Shown piece by piece: positions 9,609-19,502 of a stretch of DNA of 64,000 bases. The position numbers and the translations under genes were made by a program. Position 1 is the stretch's first letter; each line of letters starts with the position of its first letter. The DNA is taken from the NCBI GenBank assembly GCA_963555825.3, contig CAUVXB020000001.1, positions 128,001 through 192,000 on the forward strand. Direction: 5' to 3'. The notes under the pieces are model-generated. The model had not been told where the DNA came from. It saw only the letters and a list, made by a program, of their open reading frames with translations, and ran no database searches. Source of the DNA: Alphaproteobacteria bacterium. Its GTDB lineage: Bacteria > Pseudomonadota > Alphaproteobacteria > JAAXGF01.

Positions 9609-10783
9609 TACCAGTGAGCGCCTGAATTGACTCTCGGGATATTCATTGATGGCGGATGATGGCGGATTGTGATTCTATGGTCTCCCACCAGATGTGGGGG
9701 ATGTCATGGGATCAGCACTCAAGATACGGGATGATTTGACGCCTTTGGAGCTTCGGCGCTGGGCTCGCGTGGAATCGTACGGTCGAGCGGCGGCGCGGGC
9801 CTATGGGATCGCGAATGCTTTGGAGGAGATGCCCCGGGCTGATGCCGCGCGGCTTGCGGGGATGGATCGCCAAACGCTTCGCGACGCGGTTGTTCGTTAC
9901 AATGCAAAGGGATTGGAGGGGCTTCACGACCGTCCAAAGGGCTACTCGCCGCGGCGGCTGACGGCAGACGAGGAAGCGGCGCTGGCGGCGGTCATCATCG
10001 CCGGGCCGGAGCCTGAGCGCGACGGGGTTTGCGCCTGGACCCGGGCCGATCTGTGCCGCTGGCTGGAGGAGCGCTTCGCCAAGACCTACCACCCCTCGAG
10101 CATGACCCGGGTTCTACGGCGGATGGGATTTTCCCGCCAGAAGGCGCGCCCGAGCCACCCGCGAAGGGACGCCGAAGCGCAGGAGCGCTTCAAAAAAGGG
10201 GGCTTCGCGACATCCTGAAGGCGACCGCCGCGGCGCATCCCGACAAGCGCCTACAGCTGTGGTTTCAGGATGAAGCGCGCGTCGGCAACAAGGGCCGGGT
10301 GTGTCACCGGTGGTGGCGCAGGGGCGAGCGTGCCCCCGGGACGCGTCAAATCGGCTACCAGTGGGCCTACATCTTCTCCGCCGTGCGCCCGGACACCGGC
10401 GACGACGTCACCCTGGTGATGCCGAGCGTCAACGCCAAGGTCATGGACCTGTTTCTCGCACACTTCGCCGATACCCTGGACCAGGATGCGCACGCCGTCA
10501 TGATGTGCGACGGCGCCGGTTGGCACGACGAGCGCGCCCTCACCGTCCCCGACAACGTCACCTTGGCGCTGTTGCCGCCTTACAGTCCCGAACTCAACCC
10601 CGTCGAGCGGGTTTGGCTCTACCTACGCGAACGCTTCCTATCGCTCCGCGTCCTCGACGACACCGAGGCCATCATCGACGCCTGTTGCCAAGCATGGATC
10701 GACCTCATCGCAGAACCGGATCGTATGCGAACCCTCTGCGCCTATCCATGGATCATGAAGGTGATTTCATAGGCTCACTGGTA
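9609..10783 (+). mobile_element. IS630-family element
   Basis: TIR TACCAGTGAGC / GCTCACTGGTA with TTA on both sides. Confidence 0.92.
9706..10772 (+). CDS. IS630 transposase, two ORFs joined by a probable programmed -1 frameshift
   Basis: HTH ORF ending ERFKKGG at slippery AAAAAAG (10192-10198); DDE ORF with WFQDEAR, DGAGWH, PPYSPELNPVE. Confidence 0.9.
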
Positions 10784-11254
10784 TTAGTCGGCTACGTGTG
10801 GACGGCCCTGGATTGGCAAGATTTGTTTTGACCGTGATGCAAGTTGGACGGGTGAGGCTATGTGTTCGGCCTGTATGTGCGATACGACGATCGCTGTCCC
10901 AAATGCGATCTGCGAATTGGATCCCAACTACAAGCACGTGCTCGGGGCACTCTAGCGACCACATCGGCAGCGAGTATGGCTGCGAGGCGATGCTCCATCC
11001 AGGAACCTCCGTGAGCGCCGAGGTTAGCGAAGACCAGGGAAAAAATATGCGCGAGGAATATTGTCGGGGTGTCGGGTAATGGCTGAGGCTGCTCAAATAC
11101 TAATATGATGGCCCGAATTCGTGGTGGTCTCGAAATCCGTACAAATTGAAATTGAATGAAATCAATGTCATTGGAAAATACCGATTTCGGAAGATTTGCC
11201 GATTCAGGCTCAAAATCGATGATTCGGGAGTTTTTTAACAACTTCGGCTATTGG

Positions 11255-11400
11255 CTAACATCCGGCAAGTGACACTGCAAACCCCTTCTTTGCTTGGAAT
11301 GAGAAGTAGCCTAGCCGAGGTTGCGGTATCGGCGTTTCCCGTCCACTCGAAATCGGACGTTGAGAACGAGTTTGCTCAATTTGTCCGGATGCCCAGTTGC
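11255..11400 (-). pseudogene. Possible degraded integrase arm-binding-domain fragment
   Basis: VRFRVDGKRRYRNLG then, in another frame, LGYF...AVSLA; weak likeness to P4-type integrase N-termini; reads away from the tRNA-Leu 3' end. Confidence 0.3.
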
Positions 11401-11489
11401 TGCCAATGATTCGCGAAACATCCTGTGGGATGCGATTTCGATATCTAGCCGGGCGTGTCGAGACAAGGCGACGCACAGAGCCGTGGCAG

Positions 11490-11572
11490 GCGGACGGGTG
11501 CGGACGGCGGCGGACGGCACCGCGAATTTACGTAAGCCTTTGATATTGCTTTCTGACGGACGGCGCGGACGG
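11490..11572. repeat. Five RCGGACGG direct repeats around an IHF-like site
   Basis: GCGGACGG at 11490, 11500, 11510 and 11565; ACGGACGG at 11556; minus-strand TATCAAaggcTTA at 11533-11545. Confidence 0.7.
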
Positions 11573-11718
11573 CAGATTATTTCTAGAGTCCTGAAGGGTG
11601 TGTGGATGTTTAGGGGGGTCGGGGGCCGGATTGCGTTCAGTTGCTTACCCTATGCTTACCTGGCTGGCCAGTGTTATATAGGCGGATTGGCGCAGTGCCG
11701 CTAAATCGTTGAAAAGAT

Positions 11719-11805
11719 TGGTGCCCGCGGAGGGAGTCGAACCCCCAACCCCTTGCGGGGAACGGATTTTAAGTCCGTCGTGTCTACCAGTTCCACCACG
11801 CGGGC
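11719..11805 (-). tRNA. tRNA-Leu (TAA)
   Basis: 87 nt with long variable arm CCCCGCAAGGGG; anticodon arm ACGGA-CT TAA AA-TCCGT; CCA end. Confidence 0.97.
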
Positions 11806-11845
11806 GTGGCCGCCGAGTTTAGCACGTTGCCAATCTGAACGCGTC

Positions 11846-12607
11846 TCAGGTCTTTGCGTCCTCGATGTAGGGGTTGCCGCCGAGCGCGGCTAACGCCGCA
11901 ACCAAATCGCTCGCCGCGGCGTCGAGTTGCGTCCCGTCGGTGCCGCGCAGCACCAGTTTCACGCCGAAGCTGCCCGAGTGGTAATAGGGATAGCTGCCGA
12001 TCGTGACGCCGTCGAAGCGGTCCTGGACTTGCGTTAGCGTCTCGGCGATGGTGCCTTCGCCGAGATCGACGGCGACCGAGCGTTCGCCGAGCGGCGCGCC
12101 GCCGGTCAGCAGATGGGTCATGCCGTCGAACATGGCCTGCATGATCTTGGGCACGCCGGCGAAGACGAAGACGTTCTCGAGGCGGAAGCCGGGCGCGCCG
12201 GAGACCGGGTTCTCGATCAGGCTGGCATGCTCGGGCGTATCGGCCATCGAGAGCCGCGCCTCGTTGACCTCGAGACCGCTGCGCGAATAGGACGCCAGCA
12301 GAATCTCGACGGCTTCGGGGTTGCGGATCAACTTCTGGCCGAACGCCTTTGCGATCGACGCGGCGGTGATGTCGTCGTGGGTCGGGCCGATGCCGCCCGT
12401 GGTGAAGACGTAATCGAAGGCGGCGCGGCACGCGTTGACCGCGTCGACGATGGCGTCCTCGTCGTCGGCCACGACGCGCACCTCGTTCAGCCGGACGCCC
12501 AACTCGTTCAGGCGCCTGCCGAGAAAGGCGAGGTTGGCGTCGCGCGTACGGCCCGAGAGAATCTCGTCGCCGATGATGATCAGCGCGGCGGTGACGGTGC
12601 GTGACAT
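11846..12607 (-). CDS. CinA-like molybdopterin-binding-domain protein
   Basis: IIGDEILSGRTRDAN, TTGGIGPTHDDIT, AGVP. Confidence 0.92.
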   Translation of the reverse strand: MSRTVTAALIIIGDEILSGRTRDANLAFLGRRLNELGVRLNEVRVVADDEDAIVDAVNACRAAFDYVFTTGGIGPTHDDITAASIAKAFGQKLIRNPEAVEILLASYSRSGLEVNEARLSMADTPEHASLIENPVSGAPGFRLENVFVFAGVPKIMQAMFDGMTHLLTGGAPLGERSVAVDLGEGTIAETLTQVQDRFDGVTIGSYPYYHSGSFGVKLVLRGTDGTQLDAAASDLVAALAALGGNPYIEDAKT

Positions 12608-12647
12608 GGTCCCTCGATCACGGTCGGTGGTGGATGATAGCGTAAGT

Positions 12648-12829
12648 TACGGTCACCTTCACTTCGTGAAGATGACCTGCGCTCAATCGCCGCGCATGCC
12701 AATCTTTATCCCACAAGGTCATTCTTTATCCCACAAGGACTGGCCGAACGGTCGGCGGCCCCCCTCTTGTCCCAATAGGATTGGCGCGGGCTGGCAGAAG
12801 CCGACTGAGATCAATCGGCCGGATCATGC
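12648..12829. repeat. Dispersed intergenic element, copy 1
   Basis: Shares GACCTGCGCTCAATCGCCGCGCATGCCAATCTT and TGGCCGAACGGTCGGCGGCCCCC with 50140-51248. Confidence 0.85.
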
Positions 12830-12851
12830 AATAACGCGAGCGCGCTACGGC

Positions 12852-14342
12852 TCAATCGACTTCGTCGACGCGGAACAGGTTGTAGAGCGCGCGCCGCCGC
12901 TCGTCGAGCGCGCGGTTGAACAGCTTGTTGACTGTTGTCTCGGGCCGCGCCTGCCACTCGGCGCTGGCGCGTCCGAGCGCGTCGTCGAGCATCCATTTGT
13001 GGTCGAAGCGTTGGCCGACGAGTGTCGCGACCGCCGCGCGCTGGCCCTCGGTCAGTGAACCCTTGCCGAGTTGGGCGAGCGTGGCGACATCGATCTCCAG
13101 CCGGTCGATCTCGGCGAGGCGGACGAGATCGTCGCGCTGATCGCCCGTTATACCGGTCACCTCGGCGAGCGCGTCGGTGAAGCGCGCGGCCGAGGCGAAG
13201 CGTCGGCCGGTCAGGCCGCCGAGCCTCGCGGTGTCGATCCCCTGCGTCGCGGCGCGCGCCAGCACCGGCGCCGAGATCTCGTACGCGACCGGACGGAAGA
13301 CCTGTTGGTTGAACACGTTCTGCAGGAAGAACAGGGCGACGAAGCACATCACGCCGGCGATCAACGGCGTCGCCGCCCAGCCCGCCGCGATGCCGCCTAG
13401 CAGGCGATAGTTGATGCCACGGCCGCCCTTCATGAGCCCGATGCCGATGACCGCGCCGATCACCGCCTGCGAGCTGGAGACCGGCACCAGCGGGATGGTC
13501 GGCAGCCCGCCGCGCGCCAGCAGGTGCTCGATCCCCTGCGAGGCGAACAGGAACAGCACGATCGAATGCGACACGACGACGACGAAGGCGGCAACCGGCG
13601 AGAGCGGCGCGAGGTCGCGACCGACGGTCAGCATGACGCGCTTCGAATAGGTGAAGACGCCGACGGCGATGGCGATGCCGCCCAACAGGAAAAGCTGATG
13701 CGCCGAGGATATCGCGAACAGGTCGCCGACGCTGAACGCGGTGAACGGCGAGACCGGCACGAAGACGCCCATCACGTTGGCGATGTTGTTGGCGCCCAGA
13801 CTGTACGCGCCAAAGGCGCCGGCCAGGATCAGCCCGGTGCGGGTATAGGCGTCGACGCGCAGTAGATGAAGCTTGGCGACGCGCAGGGCGCCGGTAACGA
13901 CGCGATAGAGGCCGGCGCCGATGACCCCGGCGAGGACCGGGCAGATCACCCAGGTCGCCATCAGGGTGATCAGGGTGCCGGCGTCGGTCAGCGATTCCGA
14001 GAACAGGTTCCAGCCGACGATGGCGCCGACGATGGCCTGCGTCGTCGAGACCGGCAGGCTCGCCTTGGTCATCAGATAGACCGTCAGCGCCGCGGCGAGC
14101 GCGACCATGAAGGCACCCGGCATGATATTGATCGAGCCGAGTTTGCCCAGCGTGTGCGCCGCGCCGCCGCCCGAAATGACGGCGCCGAGGATGACGAAGA
14201 CGCTGCAGATCAACGCCGCGGTGGTGAAGCGCACCATGCGCGTGCCGACCGCGGTGCCGAACACGTTGGCCGCGTCGTTGGCGCCCAGCGACCAACCGAG
14301 GAACAGCCCGCTCGACAGGAAAACGAGGATCGCGACGTCCAT
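12852..14342 (-). CDS. PiT-family inorganic phosphate transporter
   Basis: GANDAANVFGT and GANNIANVMG signatures, PVSTTQ/PVSSSQ, many TM segments. Confidence 0.95.
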   Translation of the reverse strand: MDVAILVFLSSGLFLGWSLGANDAANVFGTAVGTRMVRFTTAALICSVFVILGAVISGGGAAHTLGKLGSINIMPGAFMVALAAALTVYLMTKASLPVSTTQAIVGAIVGWNLFSESLTDAGTLITLMATWVICPVLAGVIGAGLYRVVTGALRVAKLHLLRVDAYTRTGLILAGAFGAYSLGANNIANVMGVFVPVSPFTAFSVGDLFAISSAHQLFLLGGIAIAVGVFTYSKRVMLTVGRDLAPLSPVAAFVVVVSHSIVLFLFASQGIEHLLARGGLPTIPLVPVSSSQAVIGAVIGIGLMKGGRGINYRLLGGIAAGWAATPLIAGVMCFVALFFLQNVFNQQVFRPVAYEISAPVLARAATQGIDTARLGGLTGRRFASAARFTDALAEVTGITGDQRDDLVRLAEIDRLEIDVATLAQLGKGSLTEGQRAAVATLVGQRFDHKWMLDDALGRASAEWQARPETTVNKLFNRALDERRRALYNLFRVDEVD

Positions 14343-14364
14343 GGTGAGAATTCCGGGCTGGCGC

Positions 14365-15015
14365 TCAGGTCGAGCGCTTGATGGCGTAAATCGCCAGCCG
14401 GTCGGCGACGTCCTCGGCGGTGTCGGCGATGTTGTCGATATGCTCGACGAAATTTCGCAGCTGTGCCTTGCGCGCGAGTTCGAGATCGCCGGCGAAGATC
14501 GCCATCTTGAGGCGGGTCGAGATCTTGTCGCCCTCCTTCTCGTAGAACAATACCTTGTGCATATGGTCCGAGACCGACTCGGCGTCGCGGAAAAAGGCGC
14601 GCGCCGCCATGACGAGCTGTTCGACGGCAGCCACCGCGCTGTCCACGAGGTTGTTGTATCCGGCGTGGAATTCGGCCGGGATTTCTGGTTTCTCGATGGC
14701 GAACTGCCACATCGGGCCTTCGCATTTGTTGAGGATCTGGTCCATGTTCTCCAGGAGCCCCAGCACGTCGCCGCGCGATTCGGGAATAAGCGTCTGGGCG
14801 TAAAGCTTGCGCTCGATCTGGCGACGCAGCGTATCGCCCCGGCTCTCGATCTCGTTGACTTGCTTGAGCTTATCCTCGAAGGCGGCGGTATCGCCGTCGA
14901 GGTAGTTGCCGATGCCCAGCTTGAACGTCAGCGCGCCGTCGCCGACCTTGTCGAAGAACTCGTCGATCTGACCCTCGAGCTCGCGCGTCTTGCTGAAGAT
15001 TGCCGTTCGTTTCAT
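14365..15015 (-). CDS. DUF47 (PhoU-like) Pit accessory protein
   Basis: IESRGDTLRRQIE, EKEGD, IADTAEDVADRL; directly upstream of pit. Confidence 0.93.
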   Translation of the reverse strand: MKRTAIFSKTRELEGQIDEFFDKVGDGALTFKLGIGNYLDGDTAAFEDKLKQVNEIESRGDTLRRQIERKLYAQTLIPESRGDVLGLLENMDQILNKCEGPMWQFAIEKPEIPAEFHAGYNNLVDSAVAAVEQLVMAARAFFRDAESVSDHMHKVLFYEKEGDKISTRLKMAIFAGDLELARKAQLRNFVEHIDNIADTAEDVADRLAIYAIKRST

Positions 15016-15036
15016 GACCACTCCTTTCGCGCTATT

Positions 15037-16431
15037 CTACACCGTGGCCTGCGTTTCGGCGAGGCAGGCCTCGAGAATGTCGAGCGCGGCGTCCATCTCG
15101 TCCCGGGTGATGACCAGGGGCGGCGTCAGCGTCAGCACGTTGCCCATCGAGAGCTTGAAGTTGAGCCCGCGCGACAGTGAATTGTAGAGCACCGACTCGG
15201 CGGCGTCGTAGGCCGGCGTCTTGGCCGCGCGGTCGCTGACCAGCTCGATACCGATCAAGAGCCCCTTGCCGCGCACATCGCCGATCAGTGGGTAGCGCGC
15301 GCGCATGTCGGCGAGACGCGCGCGAGCATACGCCCCGACCTCGCTAGCGTTCTCGACCAGGCCCTCGTCCTCGATGATCTCGATCGTGGTCAGCGCCGCG
15401 CGCGCCAGCACGGGGTTCTTCTCGTGGGTGTAGTGGCCGATCGCGTAGTCGTTTGCAACGTCGAGCTCGGGCCGCGCGATAACCGCGGCGACCGGCACGA
15501 CGCCGCCGCCGAGCGACTTGCCGGTGACCAGGATGTCGGGCGCGACGTCGAAATGCTCGCACGAGAACATGCGCCCGGTCTTGCCGAGACCGGTCGGGAT
15601 CTCGTCGAAGATCAGCAGCGCACCGTGATCGTCGCAGGCCTTGCGCACCTCTTGCCAGAAGCCCGGCGGCGGCACGTAGGGCACCGCGCGCATCGGCTCG
15701 GCGACCACCGCCGCGACGTCGCCCTCCTTCTCGAGCACGTAGCGCACGAAGCTCGCGCAGGTCATGCGGCAGGTCTCGAGATCGGGCTGGCCGTCGATGT
15801 CGGCGTAGCCGTATGGGCAGCGGTAGCAGGTATACGGCGCGACATGCTCGGCGCCGGGCAGCAGCGGGCCGATCGGACCGGAGTGAAAGATCGCCTCGCC
15901 GCCGACGCTGGCGCCGCCGAATCCGGCGCCGTGGAACGAGTCCCAGAACGAGACGGTCTTGAAGCGCCCGGTCGCGAAGCGCGCGATCTTGAGCGCGATG
16001 TCGATGGCGTCCGAGCCCGACGGCGCGAACAGCACCTTCTCGAGCGGCGCCGGCGTGATATCGATCAGCTTGCGCGCCAGCGCCAAGGCGGGCTCGGCCG
16101 TGAAGCGGCGCGGCGCGAATGGCAGCGTGTCGAGCTGGTCCTTGATGGCGGCGATCAGGCGCGGGTGGCCATAGCCGATGTGGTGCACGCTGTTGCCGTG
16201 GAAGTCCATGTAACGCCGGCCCGAGGCGTCCTCGATCCAGATACCCTCGGCCTTGACCACGGCGTCGAGGCAGGGCGACGACAGCGACTGGCCGAAGAAC
16301 AGCCGCGCGTCCTCCTCGACCAGGGCGCGCGACGCCGGGTCGAGTTGGGCATTCGCCCAGGCGCGTCGTTCGGGCGAGCGATTGCTCTCGCCCTCGAGGC
16401 GGCCCAGGTTGGTTGCCGTCGATCGCGTCAT
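15037..16431 (-). CDS. Class III PLP enzyme, PbfA-like ((R)-1-hydroxy-2-aminoethylphosphonate ammonia-lyase family)
   Basis: EGESN..P.RRAW, QSLSSPCL, YMDFHGNSVH, LPFAPRRFT, WDSFHG, FDEIPTGLGKTG, GKSLGGG, GHYTHEKNP. Confidence 0.75.
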   Translation of the reverse strand: MTRSTATNLGRLEGESNRSPERRAWANAQLDPASRALVEEDARLFFGQSLSSPCLDAVVKAEGIWIEDASGRRYMDFHGNSVHHIGYGHPRLIAAIKDQLDTLPFAPRRFTAEPALALARKLIDITPAPLEKVLFAPSGSDAIDIALKIARFATGRFKTVSFWDSFHGAGFGGASVGGEAIFHSGPIGPLLPGAEHVAPYTCYRCPYGYADIDGQPDLETCRMTCASFVRYVLEKEGDVAAVVAEPMRAVPYVPPPGFWQEVRKACDDHGALLIFDEIPTGLGKTGRMFSCEHFDVAPDILVTGKSLGGGVVPVAAVIARPELDVANDYAIGHYTHEKNPVLARAALTTIEIIEDEGLVENASEVGAYARARLADMRARYPLIGDVRGKGLLIGIELVSDRAAKTPAYDAAESVLYNSLSRGLNFKLSMGNVLTLTPPLVITRDEMDAALDILEACLAETQATV

Positions 16432-16720
16432 CGCAATTTTACCCCCGCGCCCCGGCTGCCGAACGAGGTTCGCGCCACGGGGCGCCGCTATCGCCTTTGT
16501 GGCGACCCGTCGATGATGTGTTTGGGCGCGCATCGGCACCGTTGGTTGAGGATCGCCGACAATTGCGCCATAAGCAAATTAGAATTATCTGAAATCACTA
16601 TTAAGCGTACTTATGATCCAAAATTTCCATGACTTGCGGGCCACGCTGGCACGACTCGCCGCCCGCTAGTGTTTCGCACCGGGTTGCGCTACACTTTCGG
16701 GATAAATGGGGGATCGCGCC

Positions 16721-19480
16721 ATGAGACGCGTGCTGATTGCCGCCGCGCTGACCCTCAGTATCGCCGGAACCGCGGCGGCTAGTGCTAATTCCGATCTTGC
16801 GGCGTCGAAGGGTCAAGCCGCACCCGACGTCGACGCGCAGGTTCTTTGGCTCGCGCAAGCGGACGGGCCGACGATCAAGGTGCCGGAGCGTATCGACACC
16901 GATCAGGACACGGTTGACTTCATCGGAAAAGTCGACGGTGTTGGCGAAGTGACGCTGACGGCCAACGGCATCCCCATCCCCCTGGCGGCGGATGGCGAAT
17001 TCCGAATCCGGCAACAGGTGCCGGTGGGGCGCAGCCGGCTGCTCCTGGTCGCCGAGGATTCGCGCGGTGGGCGGGTCGAGTAAAAGATATTCGTCCGGCG
17101 CTCCGCCGCCGCGGCCCTGACCGTCGACTTCGGCAGCTATTACGCGCTTGTCATCGGCAATAATGACTATCGGTACCTTACGGACCTGAACACCGCGGTC
17201 GTCGACGCACACGCCGTGGCGGCGTTGCTCGACGAGCACTATGGCTTTTCGGTCGAGACGTTGATCAACGCGACCCGCTACGACGTCCTCTCCGCGCTGA
17301 CGAAAATGCGCGCCACGCTCATGGAAAGCGACAATCTCCTGATTTATTACGCCGGCCACGGCAACCTCGACGTCGACTCGGACGAGGGCTACTGGCTGCC
17401 GGTCGATGCCGAGCCCGACAACCCGGTCAACTGGATCTCGAACACCACGATCACCTCGCAGCTCAGGGCGATCAGCGCGAAGCACGTGCTCGTGGTCGCC
17501 GACTCGTGCTACTCAGGCAAGCTTACGCGGAGCGTCGCGGCGAGCCTGCGGACCGGCGTGGAACGCACCGCATGGCTCGCGCGGATGACGGTGCGCCGCT
17601 CGCGCACGGCGCTCACATCGGGCGGCCTCGAACCGGTACTAGACGCCGGCAGCGACGGCCATTCGGTGTTCGCGCGCGTGTTCCTTGACGTCCTCGCGAC
17701 CAACGACGAGGTGCTCGACGGCCAATCGCTGTTCGATGCCATCAAGCGGCCCGTCGTCCTCAACGCCGACCAGACGCCGGAGTACGCCGACGTACGCAAA
17801 GCGGGGCATGATGGGGGCGATTTCCTGTTCGTGCCCGTCAACCTGGCGCCACTCATTACCGCGCCACCGACCACGATCATGGCGCAGCCGGACGCCGCGC
17901 CGTCGACAATGCCCGTCCCGGATAGCGGGGCGAGCGAGCGCTTGTTCTGGGAGTCGATCAAGGACAGCGATGACCCGGAGATGTTCGAGGCCTACTTGCA
18001 GGAGTTCCCGAACGGTAAGTTTACGTCACTGGCGCGACTGAAGCGGAACAAGCTGGAAAAGGCGGCGAAGGAGGAGACGCAGACCGCGTTGGTAGTGCCG
18101 CCGCCCGAGCCCGAGACCGAGCCCGGCGTCATCGAGATGGACGCCACCTTCGTCGCGCTCAAGACCTCAAACCTGCGCGACGAGCCGACCGCCCGGTCCG
18201 AGCGCGTCGGCCGGCTGAAGCGCGATTCGCCGGTCGCCGTTACCGGCAAGGTGAAGGACGAGAACTGGTACCGTATCGAGTACGAGGGTCGTACGGCGTA
18301 TGTCTACGGCACGCTGATCGCCGAGGTCGATCCCGCCGCCCTCGACGCCTGGGGCGGGGTCGTCGACACCTCGGACGCCGACGAGATCATCGATTTCCTC
18401 GACGAGTATCCCGACAGCATATTCACCGATCGGGCCGAAACGAAGCTCGCCGCCCTGACCACCGAGAGCGGCGGCGCAACCGGATCCGAAACGCAAACGC
18501 CCGTTGTCGCCACCCCCTCCACGGGCGCGAACGCCGCCGAGATGGCGTTTTGGGACTCGATCAAGGACAGCGACGAACCGGCCGACTACCGGGCTTACCT
18601 CCAAGCGTATCCCGGGGGGTGGTTCGCCGAGCTTGCGCGCGTGCGGGCGGAAAGGCCGTCGTCGACCCAGCTCGCTGCGCTGCCGTCGCAGGAGACGGAA
18701 GCGGTCACACGCCCGAAGCGGAGCGGACGGGTCATCAACGTGCAACCGATCCGCGACTTCCGCGGTCTGTCGAAGCCGATCCTTACCGATATCGTGCGCA
18801 ATGCGCTGCGGGCCGTGCCCAATGCGGTCGTGATCAGCGAGCAGCCGGGCGGTGACGACGACGTCGTGGTGTCGGGATCGGTGCTCAAGTTCGACCAGCG
18901 CCAGGAGCCCAATCCCGACTATCAGGCAGGGCAGATAGCCGCGGCGTTTTTCGGCGGATTGGCGGCGGCGGTGACCGCCAACATCCCGCCGTCGCACACT
19001 CTCATCGACGTCGAGGTCTTGATCTCGGCGCAAGACGCCGCGACGGGCGAGACGTTCTCGGAAAGCGGCTACGCCAATGTGAAGGCCGATTCGCGCTATG
19101 TGAACGCCACCCAGGCCGGCTTCGACGCCTTGCAGACGGCGGTCATCCAGGCCGCCAAGCGTGTCGTCATCCGGCTGACCGGCGGGCAGCCGCAGCAGCA
19201 GGTGACGGCCGCCGAGATTCGCGACGACGCCAATCTGAGACGCGAGATCAGACGCTTCTATAACAAGCAGAAGATCTGGAAGACCAAGGGATCGAAGAAC
19301 CGACCCACCGAGATGTCCGAGATCTACAACATCAGCCTGGCCTCAGAGTCCGGAAATCTCATCAAGCTCGATGTTCGGTATCGCTGGCAGCTGCAGGACA
19401 TGCAGGCCGGCAAGAATGCTAACGGCATCGCCACGGTCGAGAGGTCCGGTCCGTCATTCAGGGTGCTGGACTTTCAGTAG
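16721..19480 (+). pseudogene. Secreted caspase-family (peptidase C14) multidomain protein with in-frame TAA at 17081-17083
   Basis: ORFs 16706-17083 and 17216-19480 share a frame; read-through gives YYALVIGNNDY; dyad YYAGHG and DSCYSG; SH3-like domain; repeated FW.SIKDSD motifs. Confidence 0.85.
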
Positions 19481-19502
19481 CCCGCGGCTCTCCGCCGCCC
19501 CA

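Noticed and set aside
9393-11241. A gene interrupted by the IS630 at 9609
   Set aside because: I could not rebuild a convincing ORF across the junction, and the flanking ORFs have no recognisable motifs.
11130-11242. IS/MITE end remnant (GAGTTTTTTAACAAC)
   Set aside because: It resembles an IS1182/IS5-type terminus, but no partner end or TSD was found.
12706-12735. DnaA boxes or a replication origin
   Set aside because: TTATCCCACA has an extra C relative to TTATCCACA, and there is no AT-rich unwinding region or origin context.
17081-17083. Stop-codon recoding (also the TAG at 35811)
   Set aside because: The two stops are different codons, TAA and TAG end many normal genes here, and no suppressor or Pyl/Sec machinery is seen; nonsense mutation or sequencing error is simpler.
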